Source of the DNA: Candidatus Rifleibacteriota bacterium
GTDB lineage: Bacteria; Muiribacteriota; Ozemobacteria; Ozemobacterales; Ozemobacteraceae
Assembly: GCA_051747585.1 (NCBI GenBank)
Contig: JBNJGH010000008.1
Span: 1-53,515 of the forward strand
Reading direction: 5' to 3'
Length of the DNA: 53,515 bases
The notes under the pieces: model-generated
What the model saw: only the letters and a program-made list of their open reading frames with translations
Databases searched by the model: none
Told to the model about the DNA's origin: nothing
Program-made: the position numbers and the translations under genes
Part shown: positions 20,869 to 28,918 of the stretch, piece after piece
Layout: the number at the start of each line of letters is the position of its first letter
Numbering within the stretch: the stretch's first letter is position 1

Positions 20869-21698
20869 CCACTGGCCTCTGTTGCCTTGCTACAGCTACT
20901 TCGAAATGCCTGACCGGTGTTTTTAAGTAAAAGACAAAACTTGTCTCTTACCTTCTGACAATCTTTAAAAGTCGCTCTGGTACTGTTATATAAACGCAGC
21001 AGTGCATTTATTCGTTGAAACTCAGATATTTTTTTATTTTTTTCCAGTTTATCTATTTCACTCAATACTTCTTCAATAGACATGGTGGAAATGAATTCGG
21101 GTTTAAAAAAAGCCTGAAAAGCCGCGAATTCACTAAGTCTTGTCTGGCTCTGCCATTCAGGCTCATCAAGGGCTGCATCTTTACCGGAAGCTTGAAGAAT
21201 TCTGCCAAAATCAATTGTTACAACAGCTACGGGCTCAGCTAAACTTTCACCGGCCACAGCCGAAAAAACACGACATTCGCCGGTTTCTATACCATTAAAG
21301 AAAACTCTGTAGGCTCCGCCTCTTTCAAGTAGTTCGCCTATTTCCGGAGATTGCCCCTCAATTATAAATCTCTGGCTGCTTTTATCGCCATAAAGTTCTT
21401 GCTGTATATCAAGCAAAAATTCTGAAAAAATATCAAGAAATTGTGGTGAATAGGGTTTAACCAGCCAGATTATTCCGGTAGTTAGATTGTGTGAATTACC
21501 GGAAGGACAAAATTGCTTTCTGGCCATGGTCTGAAAAACACAAAAAGATACAGGTTCTTTTTTAAAAATATTCAAAAGAATATCGGGGTGGTGCCAGCCA
21601 TCACTCAAAGCAGCCGGGAACCCCGGACATTCTTGAATTCCCTTCGAGATGAACCAGTGATGTAAGAAATCTTTAAATTTAAAAATATTCAAAAACAA
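20865..21698 (-). CDS. Degenerate paralog of glycine--tRNA ligase alpha subunit (GlyQ-like)
   Basis: Colinear similarity to GlyQ along its length (G.HHP...EPV...Q...R; VKP; VFFNGIE...VAG...VT...GR) with catalytic motifs substituted; intact 277-aa ORF. Confidence 0.65.
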   Translation of the reverse strand: [277 protein letters not shown]

Positions 21699-21786
21699 GC
21701 TCCAGGAAATCAGAGTCGATTTTTATATAATTGTCTGTTATTATACAGGAACTTTATTGCGCATACAAATTATAAAGGTCAGCAGG

Positions 21787-22128
21787 ATGTTAAATTTCGA
21801 TAATTTTGATCAAAAGATAATTGAAAAAAAGGCAATCGCAGTTATTTGTTTCGTTGCCGACTGGTGCAAACCATCTCTTTTACAACAGGATGTAATAAAA
21901 GAAATAGCAGAAGAATATGGCAAATCCGCCATTATCGAACTTGTCAATGTAGATAAGGACGAAAAGCTGGCCGACCGGTTCAATGCTCGAACCCTTCCAA
22001 CAACGGCTATCTTTGCAGAAGGTGAATTAATAGAAATTTTGCCGGGTTATCAACCCCTGGACTTTCTTCAGTCTTATTTAAAGCATATCTTTCAGCAGCA
22101 AGAAAAAATGAAAGAAAAAGAGACTTAA
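21787..22128 (+). CDS. Thioredoxin-like protein with CxxS active site
   Basis: FVADWCKPS, VNVDKDEKLADRFNARTLPT (cis-Pro loop); ATG 21787 is the more likely start than the ORF-track TTG. Confidence 0.85.
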   Translation: MLNFDNFDQKIIEKKAIAVICFVADWCKPSLLQQDVIKEIAEEYGKSAIIELVNVDKDEKLADRFNARTLPTTAIFAEGELIEILPGYQPLDFLQSYLKHIFQQQEKMKEKET

Positions 22129-22136
22129 AATAACGA

Positions 22137-22916
22137 CTATTCTTGTAAACGAAATCTTTCTATATGTTCCACCTTATTGTCAGATTCAATTTTTAGAAAA
22201 ATCCCCTCGATTTTTTTCTGACCTGAACCACAGACAAATTTATCAGAATAACCGTTCACAAATCTCCCTACAATGGTATTAGTGTCAACGCCCAGAATAC
22301 TGTTCAACGCACCGGTCATTCCCAGGTCAGTTATAACGGCAGTTCCCCTGGGCAGAACCCTTTCATCGGAAGTCTGAACATGAGTATGTGTTCCAACCAC
22401 AGCTGAAACTCGTCCATCGAGAAACCAGAACATGGCCTGTTTTTCTGAGGTCGCCTCGGAATGAAAATCAACAATTATGGGAACATCTTCATTAATAAGT
22501 GCCAGAAGGCTTTCGGCAGTTTTAAAAGGACATCTTGCTCTTTGCATAAAAACCCTGCCGGCCAGATTCATAACAGCTAATTCATTTTTACCACTGGCAG
22601 GATTTTTAAATATTCTTAAGCCTGTTCCCGGAGCATTCAGGTCTGCAAGGTTTTCTGGTCTAAGCAACCAGGCATCTTTAACGACCTCTGACCAGTCTTT
22701 ACGAGCAAACAAATGATTGCCGCTGGTAACAATATCTATACCACATTGTTTTAAAAGCTTGAGATGCTTTGCTGAAATACCATTTCCCGCAGTAGTGTTT
22801 TCTCCATTGGCAACTATCCAATCGGGCTCGAATTGTTGCTTCAGAATCGGCAGGAACTTTTTAATGGCTTCTCTGCCAGTTTTGCCGTATATGTCACCAA
22901 TGAGCAGAATTTTCAA
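22137..22916 (-). CDS. ymdB: YmdB/TIGR00282 metallophosphoesterase
   Basis: IGDIYG..GR, ANGEN, TSGNH, VDFHSEATSEK, VGTHTHVQT, TDLGMTG; directly downstream of rny; TTG start. Confidence 0.92.
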   Translation of the reverse strand: MKILLIGDIYGKTGREAIKKFLPILKQQFEPDWIVANGENTTAGNGISAKHLKLLKQCGIDIVTSGNHLFARKDWSEVVKDAWLLRPENLADLNAPGTGLRIFKNPASGKNELAVMNLAGRVFMQRARCPFKTAESLLALINEDVPIIVDFHSEATSEKQAMFWFLDGRVSAVVGTHTHVQTSDERVLPRGTAVITDLGMTGALNSILGVDTNTIVGRFVNGYSDKFVCGSGQKKIEGIFLKIESDNKVEHIERFRLQE

Positions 22917-22940
22917 TTAAAACTCCAGTCTAAAATTAAA

Positions 22941-22996
22941 CTGGAGCTCCTTAAAACCCTGAACGCAATGCGTTTTATGGTTTTAAAAAGCTCCAG
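22941..22996 (-). terminator. Long hairpin with U-rich tail between rny and ymdB (terminator/attenuator)
   Basis: ctggagct(22941-48)/agctccag(22989-96) and ttaaaacc/ggttttaa arms, inner aacgc/gcgtt; followed on the minus strand by UUUAAUUUU. Confidence 0.6.
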
Positions 22997-23018
22997 ATTC
23001 TAATCTGTATTAAACCAG

Positions 23019-24566
23019 TTAATGTGCAACTTCTACATTTCTGGTTTCCCTGATCAGTACGACTTTAACCTGACCCGGGTATTCCATGTCACTTTCAATT
23101 TTCTTAACGATATCACGACAGAGTTTAGGTGCTACTATATCGTCAACCTCTTCAGGACTGACCATAACTCTGATTTCTCTTCCTGCCTGTATCGCATAGG
23201 CCGAAGAAACACCGTTGAAACCACGGGCAATGGTTTCAAGTTCCTCAAGTCTCTTGATATACGCATCAAGAGATTCACTTCTTGCACCTCTTCTGGAGGC
23301 AGAAATAGCATCTGCAGCTGCAATCAAAACCGCCTCGGGCGTTTCAAAAGGAACATCTTCATGGTGAGCAGCAATCGCATTTACTACTCTGGGAGATTCC
23401 TGATATTTTCGAGCAAAATCGCCGCCAAGTTTTGCATGGTTCCCTTCATCACTCTCGATAACCTTACCTATATCATGCAGCAACCCGGCCCTTCTTGCCA
23501 TTTGAATATCTGCGCCTATTTCGGCGGCAAGATTACCGGCAAGATTTGCAACTTCGATTGAATGTTGCAAAACATTCTGCCCGTAAGAAGTTCGGTAGTT
23601 CAAACGACCAACAATGTCTACAAGCTCTTCACGAATGCTTTGAATACCAAGAGCAAGCATTGTTTGTTCGCCGGCTTCTTTTATTCTCAAATTTACTTCT
23701 TTTTCGGCCTTTTCATACATTTCTTCGATTTTAGCCGGATGGATCCTGCCATCAAGAGTCAGGGTTTCGAGAGTTACCCTGGCTATCTCACGTTTAATCG
23801 GATTGAAGGATGAAAGAACAACTGCTTCAGGGGTATCATCAATGATTACATCTACCCCGGTAAGGCTTTCAAAAGCTCTTATATTTCGGCCTTCACGACC
23901 GATAATTCTACCCTTCATTTCTTCACTCGGCAACTCTACCACTGTAACGATAGGATCTGTCGAATGGTCGGTCGAACATCTTTGAATAGCATTTGCAAGG
24001 ACTTCACGAGCTTTCTTAGCGCTGGTGCTTTTGATTTTCTGCTCAGATTCATTAACTTTTAAAGCAATTTCATATTGCAGTTCATCTTCAAGCTTTTTCA
24101 TCAGATGCTCACGAGCCTGCTCAGGAGTAAGTCCGGCGACTCGTTCAAGTTCCTTTTTCTGCTGTTCAAGGGTTTGCTCTTGTTTCTTGCGGATTTTTTC
24201 GATTTCGCTTTCGCGGTCACGAAGTCCATCGGCTCTTTTCTCGAGAGTCTCTGCTCGAGAGTCTACTTTTTCGATGCGACTGTTAAGAAGCGTCTCGAGC
24301 TTTTCAAGTTCCTGACGACGCTTGGCCGCCTCGCGTTCAGTTTGCTTGCGCAAATGTTGTTCTTTTTCTTTTATATCCTTTGCACGTTTTTGAGCTTTTG
24401 ACAACTCTTTTTGCGCAACTCTACGGGCTTCATCAAGGATTTCGTTTTTTTTCTGTTTGGCTGTGGCTAGTATTCCGTTGCCCTGTCTCCGGGTGAGATA
24501 GTTAGAAATGAAATACCCGATGAGGCCACCAGAAGCCAGAAACAAAACATAATACATGTATGGCAT
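23019..24566 (-). CDS. rny: Ribonuclease Y
   Basis: N-terminal TM, coiled coil, KH motif MKGRIIGREGRNIR, HD domain LLHDIGK, AADAISASR; ATG 24566 after GGAGG. Confidence 0.96.
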   Translation of the reverse strand: MPYMYYVLFLASGGLIGYFISNYLTRRQGNGILATAKQKKNEILDEARRVAQKELSKAQKRAKDIKEKEQHLRKQTEREAAKRRQELEKLETLLNSRIEKVDSRAETLEKRADGLRDRESEIEKIRKKQEQTLEQQKKELERVAGLTPEQAREHLMKKLEDELQYEIALKVNESEQKIKSTSAKKAREVLANAIQRCSTDHSTDPIVTVVELPSEEMKGRIIGREGRNIRAFESLTGVDVIIDDTPEAVVLSSFNPIKREIARVTLETLTLDGRIHPAKIEEMYEKAEKEVNLRIKEAGEQTMLALGIQSIREELVDIVGRLNYRTSYGQNVLQHSIEVANLAGNLAAEIGADIQMARRAGLLHDIGKVIESDEGNHAKLGGDFARKYQESPRVVNAIAAHHEDVPFETPEAVLIAAADAISASRRGARSESLDAYIKRLEELETIARGFNGVSSAYAIQAGREIRVMVSPEEVDDIVAPKLCRDIVKKIESDMEYPGQVKVVLIRETRNVEVAH

Positions 24567-24642
24567 GGTACCTCCAGGGAATTTTTTTTTAATTCGTTCA
24601 GATAGCAGTTTAGAAGCTATCGAGCTTTGTTTTTTCATTAAA

Positions 24643-26310
24643 TCAGAGTTTTTCCGGATATATCTTCACATTAAATTCACTTTTAGCTTCATCAACCAGC
24701 TGCGAAAAGGCAGCTTTCTGTTTCTGAGGAAGAATCTGAGCACGAATTTCTTCTTTAACTTCAGCAAATTCCTGTGTTCCAGCAGCAGTTCTTTCATTAA
24801 CTCTAATTATATGATAACCAAATTTGGTTTTTACCGGACCGGCAATTTCACCAATCTTAGCTTCTTTACAAGCTTTATCAAATTCAGGAACCATTTGCCC
24901 CTCTTCGAACATACCCAGCTTGCCACCTTCTTTGCCAGAAGGGCAAATTGATTTTTCGCGGGCAATTTCGGCGAACTTTTCCGGATTTTTTTTGAGTTGC
25001 TCGTATATTTTATTGGCCTCTTCTTCTGTTTTTACCAGAATATGATCTGCATCCATTCTTGCAGAGGCTTTGAATTTAGCGAGATTTTTATTGTAATAAT
25101 CTTTAAGTTCCTTATCGTTCAATTCGATAGAACCAAGTTTGCCGTCGAGCAATACTCGAATTGCGACTCTACGTCTGGCGTCTTCTACAACCTGAGGTTT
25201 TTCTTCCGCCAGAGTTTTATAGTTTTGCTCTGCCTCTTCAAGAGCAAGGTATCTTGCACTAAAATTGTTCAAAATATCTTCCAGCCCCTTACCGCTGAGA
25301 ATCTGAGGTCTCAAAAAAGGCGGAATCTGCTCTAACTCAGCCATCAAATCGCTTATTTTTATCTCTTTATCAGCATAGGTAAAAAGAGTTGTATTCTGCT
25401 CTTCATCGCTGAGCTCGGGCTTTTTAATTAAACTCAAAGCATCTTCCTCAAGATTGAATTTAAATTTTTTCCTGAGGCGATTTATTTCGTCGTTGTAAAC
25501 CATTCTTTGTTTATTGGCAGTTGCCTCTTTTCTGACCTGGCCCTCAACATCTTCAAAGCTTTTAACTTCGCCCTCTTTTTTTTCGGTAAATTTAATTAAT
25601 TGATACTTATCAGCCTCAACCCGCAATGGTGCTGAAACTTCATCTTTTTTAAGCTGGGCAAGGGTGTTTGAAATAACCGGAGAAACTGAATTCTCGGCAA
25701 CAAAACCCCGGTCGCCACCTTCTACCTTATAATCATCTTCGGATTCTTTTTTGGCAAGATTTAAAAATGACTTACCACTATCAAGCTGTTTTTTTATTTC
25801 AGCAGCTTTCTGTGGGTCAGAAAGAGAAATTTGAAAAAGATGATAAGAGGCAGGTTCGGCAAAAACATCTTTATTTTCATTATAGAAGCTCTTAACCTCT
25901 GCATCGGTTATAGAAGTATCTTCAACCGCTTTTTGCATGGTTTCCTGGGCAAGTCTGGCAATAGCAATTTCTTTAACCTGCTCTTTAAAGTCTTCGCCCT
26001 TGTCTATTCCCATTTTGTTGGCAAGTTTTTCCAGTGCATATATTTCACATATCTGGTTCAAAAACATTTTTTTCCCCTGTTGAGAAGAAAAATGCTGTGC
26101 CGCTTTAGGATCTGCGCTTGCTACAAAAGTATCCAGCTCTCGATTGAAGTCTGCACGGGTAATCTTTATCTCACCAACTTCAGCCAGAACATCCCGGGGC
26201 GATTTTGTTTCTGCAGTCTTGTCAGCGGCTGCAACGAATGAATAACAGCTAACTGCCATTATAAAAGTAAAAATTATCAAAGCGCGTAAACGCTGTTGCT
26301 TCTTGTACAT
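24643..26310 (-). CDS. Exported peptidyl-prolyl isomerase/foldase with two parvulin domains (PrsA/SurA-like)
   Basis: Signal peptide; ADHILVKTEEEA...FAEIAREKSICPS..EGGKLG...VKTKFGYHII plus an earlier degenerate copy; ATG 26310 after GGAGG. Confidence 0.88.
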   Translation of the reverse strand: MYKKQQRLRALIIFTFIMAVSCYSFVAAADKTAETKSPRDVLAEVGEIKITRADFNRELDTFVASADPKAAQHFSSQQGKKMFLNQICEIYALEKLANKMGIDKGEDFKEQVKEIAIARLAQETMQKAVEDTSITDAEVKSFYNENKDVFAEPASYHLFQISLSDPQKAAEIKKQLDSGKSFLNLAKKESEDDYKVEGGDRGFVAENSVSPVISNTLAQLKKDEVSAPLRVEADKYQLIKFTEKKEGEVKSFEDVEGQVRKEATANKQRMVYNDEINRLRKKFKFNLEEDALSLIKKPELSDEEQNTTLFTYADKEIKISDLMAELEQIPPFLRPQILSGKGLEDILNNFSARYLALEEAEQNYKTLAEEKPQVVEDARRRVAIRVLLDGKLGSIELNDKELKDYYNKNLAKFKASARMDADHILVKTEEEANKIYEQLKKNPEKFAEIAREKSICPSGKEGGKLGMFEEGQMVPEFDKACKEAKIGEIAGPVKTKFGYHIIRVNERTAAGTQEFAEVKEEIRAQILPQKQKAAFSQLVDEAKSEFNVKIYPEKL

Positions 26311-26476
26311 AATTCCTCCACAATAAAATTTAAACGCGCAGGAATTATACCACTCGCACAATTGATTTTCAATTAAACTTTATGAAATTTATATGGAGGA
26401 TTTACTGTTAATTTTGTTCCTTTAACTATCAGAATTTCACCACGGAGACCAGCAAACTGATCTTTTATTTTTTCAG

Positions 26477-27151
26477 TCATTTTAAATCAAAGGTTAAATC
26501 CGGATTCAGCTGTAGTTGATGATCTGCCAGACGGTTAACCTGCGCCTGATTGTGAGTGGCAAATATTACGGTTTTACCCTTTTGCTGAGCGAAATCAACA
26601 ATTAGCTCTTCGATTTTTGTTTGATGCTGATTATCAATATTGGTGCAGGGTTCATCAAGAAGCAAAACCGTCGGGTTGCTTATCAATGCTCTTGCTAAAG
26701 CAAGGCGCTGAATTTCACCGCCGGAAAGAGTTGCGCCACAGGCGTCAGCAAAAGCCTGCATATCGACTTTTCTTAACATTTCTTCAGTCAGTTCATTAAT
26801 CTTTTCTGAACTGTAATTACGATATTTCAAAGGCATACTCAGATTCTTTTTTACACTGAAATTAAAAAATATCGGTTGCTGGGTAATCATCGCAAGATTT
26901 TTACGCATTGGTTGAAGAAAACTTTCTTTAAAAATTAGCCGACGATCAAAAATTTCAACATTGCCTTCGTCTGGATATTCAACCAATGCAAGTATCTGTA
27001 ATAACGAAGTTTTTCCAGTGCCGTTCGGCCCGGTTACCGCGTAAATTTTTCCGACTTTTAAGGTTAAGCTCTGTATGTTTAACACCGTTCTTTGTCGGTA
27101 GATTTTTTTTAAATTAACTAATTTATAAAGCGTTTGAGTTGTATTTATCAT
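26477..27151 (-). CDS. tupC: Tungstate ABC transporter ATP-binding subunit
   Basis: GPNGTGKT, LSGGE, LLLDEP, FATH; operon with tupA/tupB. Confidence 0.82.
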   Translation of the reverse strand: MINTTQTLYKLVNLKKIYRQRTVLNIQSLTLKVGKIYAVTGPNGTGKTSLLQILALVEYPDEGNVEIFDRRLIFKESFLQPMRKNLAMITQQPIFFNFSVKKNLSMPLKYRNYSSEKINELTEEMLRKVDMQAFADACGATLSGGEIQRLALARALISNPTVLLLDEPCTNIDNQHQTKIEELIVDFAQQKGKTVIFATHNQAQVNRLADHQLQLNPDLTFDLK

Positions 27152-27839
27152 TTAAGTTGCCCTGATAATAGCTTATAACAATATTAATACTTAAGGTTAT
27201 GCTTAGCAAAATAAGTCCCAGGGCAATGGCTAACACGAATTGCCCCTTGTCGTATTCAAGAGCCATGGCAGTGGTCATTGTTCGGGTAAAACCCTTTATG
27301 TTGCCGCCAAGCATCATGCTTATACCAATTTCTGAAATAACTCTGCCAAAGCAAACGGCAATAGCGGCAACAATGCTGAACCTTGCTTCGTTCATCAGTA
27401 AAAGAGCGGTTTGCCGTCGATTGGCTCCAAGTGTCATAGCTGTGCGTCTATAGCGAATATCGAGTTGTCCCAGGGCGGAAATCAGCAAAATGGTTGCCAT
27501 GGGAATAATAAGAATCGTCTGACCTATAATAATAGCGTATTCTGTGTAAAGAAGGTTTAACGAACCAAGCAATCCCTGTCTACTCAAAAAGCCATAAACA
27601 AAAAGTGCAACTACAACGGTGGGAAGAGCAAGAAGGCTGTTAAGCACTGTTATAACAGCTCTCCGAAAGCGAAAGCGGTTCAAATAGATAGTGAAGCCTA
27701 GTGGAACACCTATAATGGAAGCAATAAGAGTTGAAATAAAGCTGACTTTCAAAGAAAACCATACGATTCTGAGTAACTCGCGGTCTGCTTTTATTATTAA
27801 ATCAAATGCTGCCAGAAGACTTTGCCCAAAAAAATCCAT
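27123..27839 (-). CDS. tupB: Tungstate ABC transporter permease
   Basis: LPTVVVALFVY..LSRQG.LG, FGRVISEIG.SMMLGGNIKGFTRTMTTAMALEYDKG. Confidence 0.88.
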   Translation of the reverse strand: MDFFGQSLLAAFDLIIKADRELLRIVWFSLKVSFISTLIASIIGVPLGFTIYLNRFRFRRAVITVLNSLLALPTVVVALFVYGFLSRQGLLGSLNLLYTEYAIIIGQTILIIPMATILLISALGQLDIRYRRTAMTLGANRRQTALLLMNEARFSIVAAIAVCFGRVISEIGISMMLGGNIKGFTRTMTTAMALEYDKGQFVLAIALGLILLSITLSINIVISYYQGNLNDKYNSNAL

Positions 27840-27840
27840 T

Positions 27841-28668
27841 TTAAAGCTCTTCTAAAAAAAATACCTGCTGATTATTAATTCTAAAGCTGCTTATGGCCTT
27901 TTGGCCGGCTTCTGACAGCAACCAGTTGAGGAACTCATTTGTTTCTTTATGAGCCACATAAGGATGCCTGGCTGGACTAACCGGAAGAAAAGCATACTCG
28001 TTGTAAAGTGCAGAATCACCAGCAAAAAGTATTTTCAGTTGTGTTTGGTCATTACAGTAATTTAAAAAAGTCGGGCGATCAACAAGAGTATAAGCTTGCT
28101 TTTCCGCAGCAATCAGCAGGGTTTTACCCATTCCTTGCCCAACACTCAGATACTGTTTGGCGGGCATTGTAACTTGAGCTTTATTCCAGAGCTTTTGCTC
28201 AAGAACATGTGTGCCACTCTTATCGCCGCGTGAAATGAATAAAACTTCTTTGTCTGAAAAAGCCAGGCTTTTGAGCGCCACAGCAATGTCTTTGCTTTTC
28301 CCAACCTGGGCGGGATCGTCTTGCGGCCCGACCAGCACGAAGTCATTGTGCATAACAGGGTAACGCTTAGCAGCAAACCCCTGAGCCACAAATTCTTCTT
28401 CAAGATCCCGAGCATGGGCAAGCACAGCATCTACATTGCCGTCACGGCCTTCTTTCAGCGCGGCGCCTGTTCCCCTGGCTATTATTTTTATCTGTATTTT
28501 ACTGAACTTGTTAAACTCGGCAAGCAGGGAATCAAGAAGTCCTGAATCCTGCAAGCTGGTGGTCGTTGCAATTTTTATCGAGGCTGCCGCTATTTTTGTT
28601 GGTAAAAGAATTTGCAGGCCAGAAAAAAAGAAAGCTACTAAGCAAAAAGAAAGCCACTTATTTTTCAT
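27841..28668 (-). CDS. tupA: Tungstate ABC transporter substrate-binding protein
   Basis: Signature ATTTS..DSGLLD, GTGAALK.G, MHNDFVLVGP..DPA, FISRGDKSGTH, GQGMG; ATG 28668 after GGAG. Confidence 0.9.
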   Translation of the reverse strand: MKNKWLSFCLVAFFFSGLQILLPTKIAAASIKIATTTSLQDSGLLDSLLAEFNKFSKIQIKIIARGTGAALKEGRDGNVDAVLAHARDLEEEFVAQGFAAKRYPVMHNDFVLVGPQDDPAQVGKSKDIAVALKSLAFSDKEVLFISRGDKSGTHVLEQKLWNKAQVTMPAKQYLSVGQGMGKTLLIAAEKQAYTLVDRPTFLNYCNDQTQLKILFAGDSALYNEYAFLPVSPARHPYVAHKETNEFLNWLLSEAGQKAISSFRINNQQVFFLEEL

Positions 28669-28878
28669 AAAATTCTCCAGTTTAAACAGCAAGTCTTAGT
28701 TAAAAACAGCTTTTTAACATGGTATTCTGAAGTATCAATATCTGCAACCAGTTTTATAGCTATTCTCAAGCAATGGTTATCAGCCTGTTTCAAAAAAGAC
28801 AATACTTCACAGACTCAGCCGCAAAATCAATCGGTATCGAGATCGGGTCTCAGAATCGAATAAAGAGTTCAAACTAAA

Positions 28879-28910
28879 CAAAAAAACGCCGGTAAAAACC
28901 GGCGCTTTTG
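28879..28910 (-). terminator. Intrinsic terminator after the FN3 lipoprotein gene
   Basis: cgccggt-aaaa-accggcg hairpin (28887-28904) flanked by A- and T-runs. Confidence 0.8.
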
Positions 28911-28918
28911 TTTTTTGC

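Noticed and set aside
26430..28860. tupABC as a mobile cassette bounded by short repeat-like remnants (caccacggagacc; atcggtatcgagatcggg)
   Set aside because: The two flanks are unrelated to each other and very short; no transposase, integrase or target-site duplication is present
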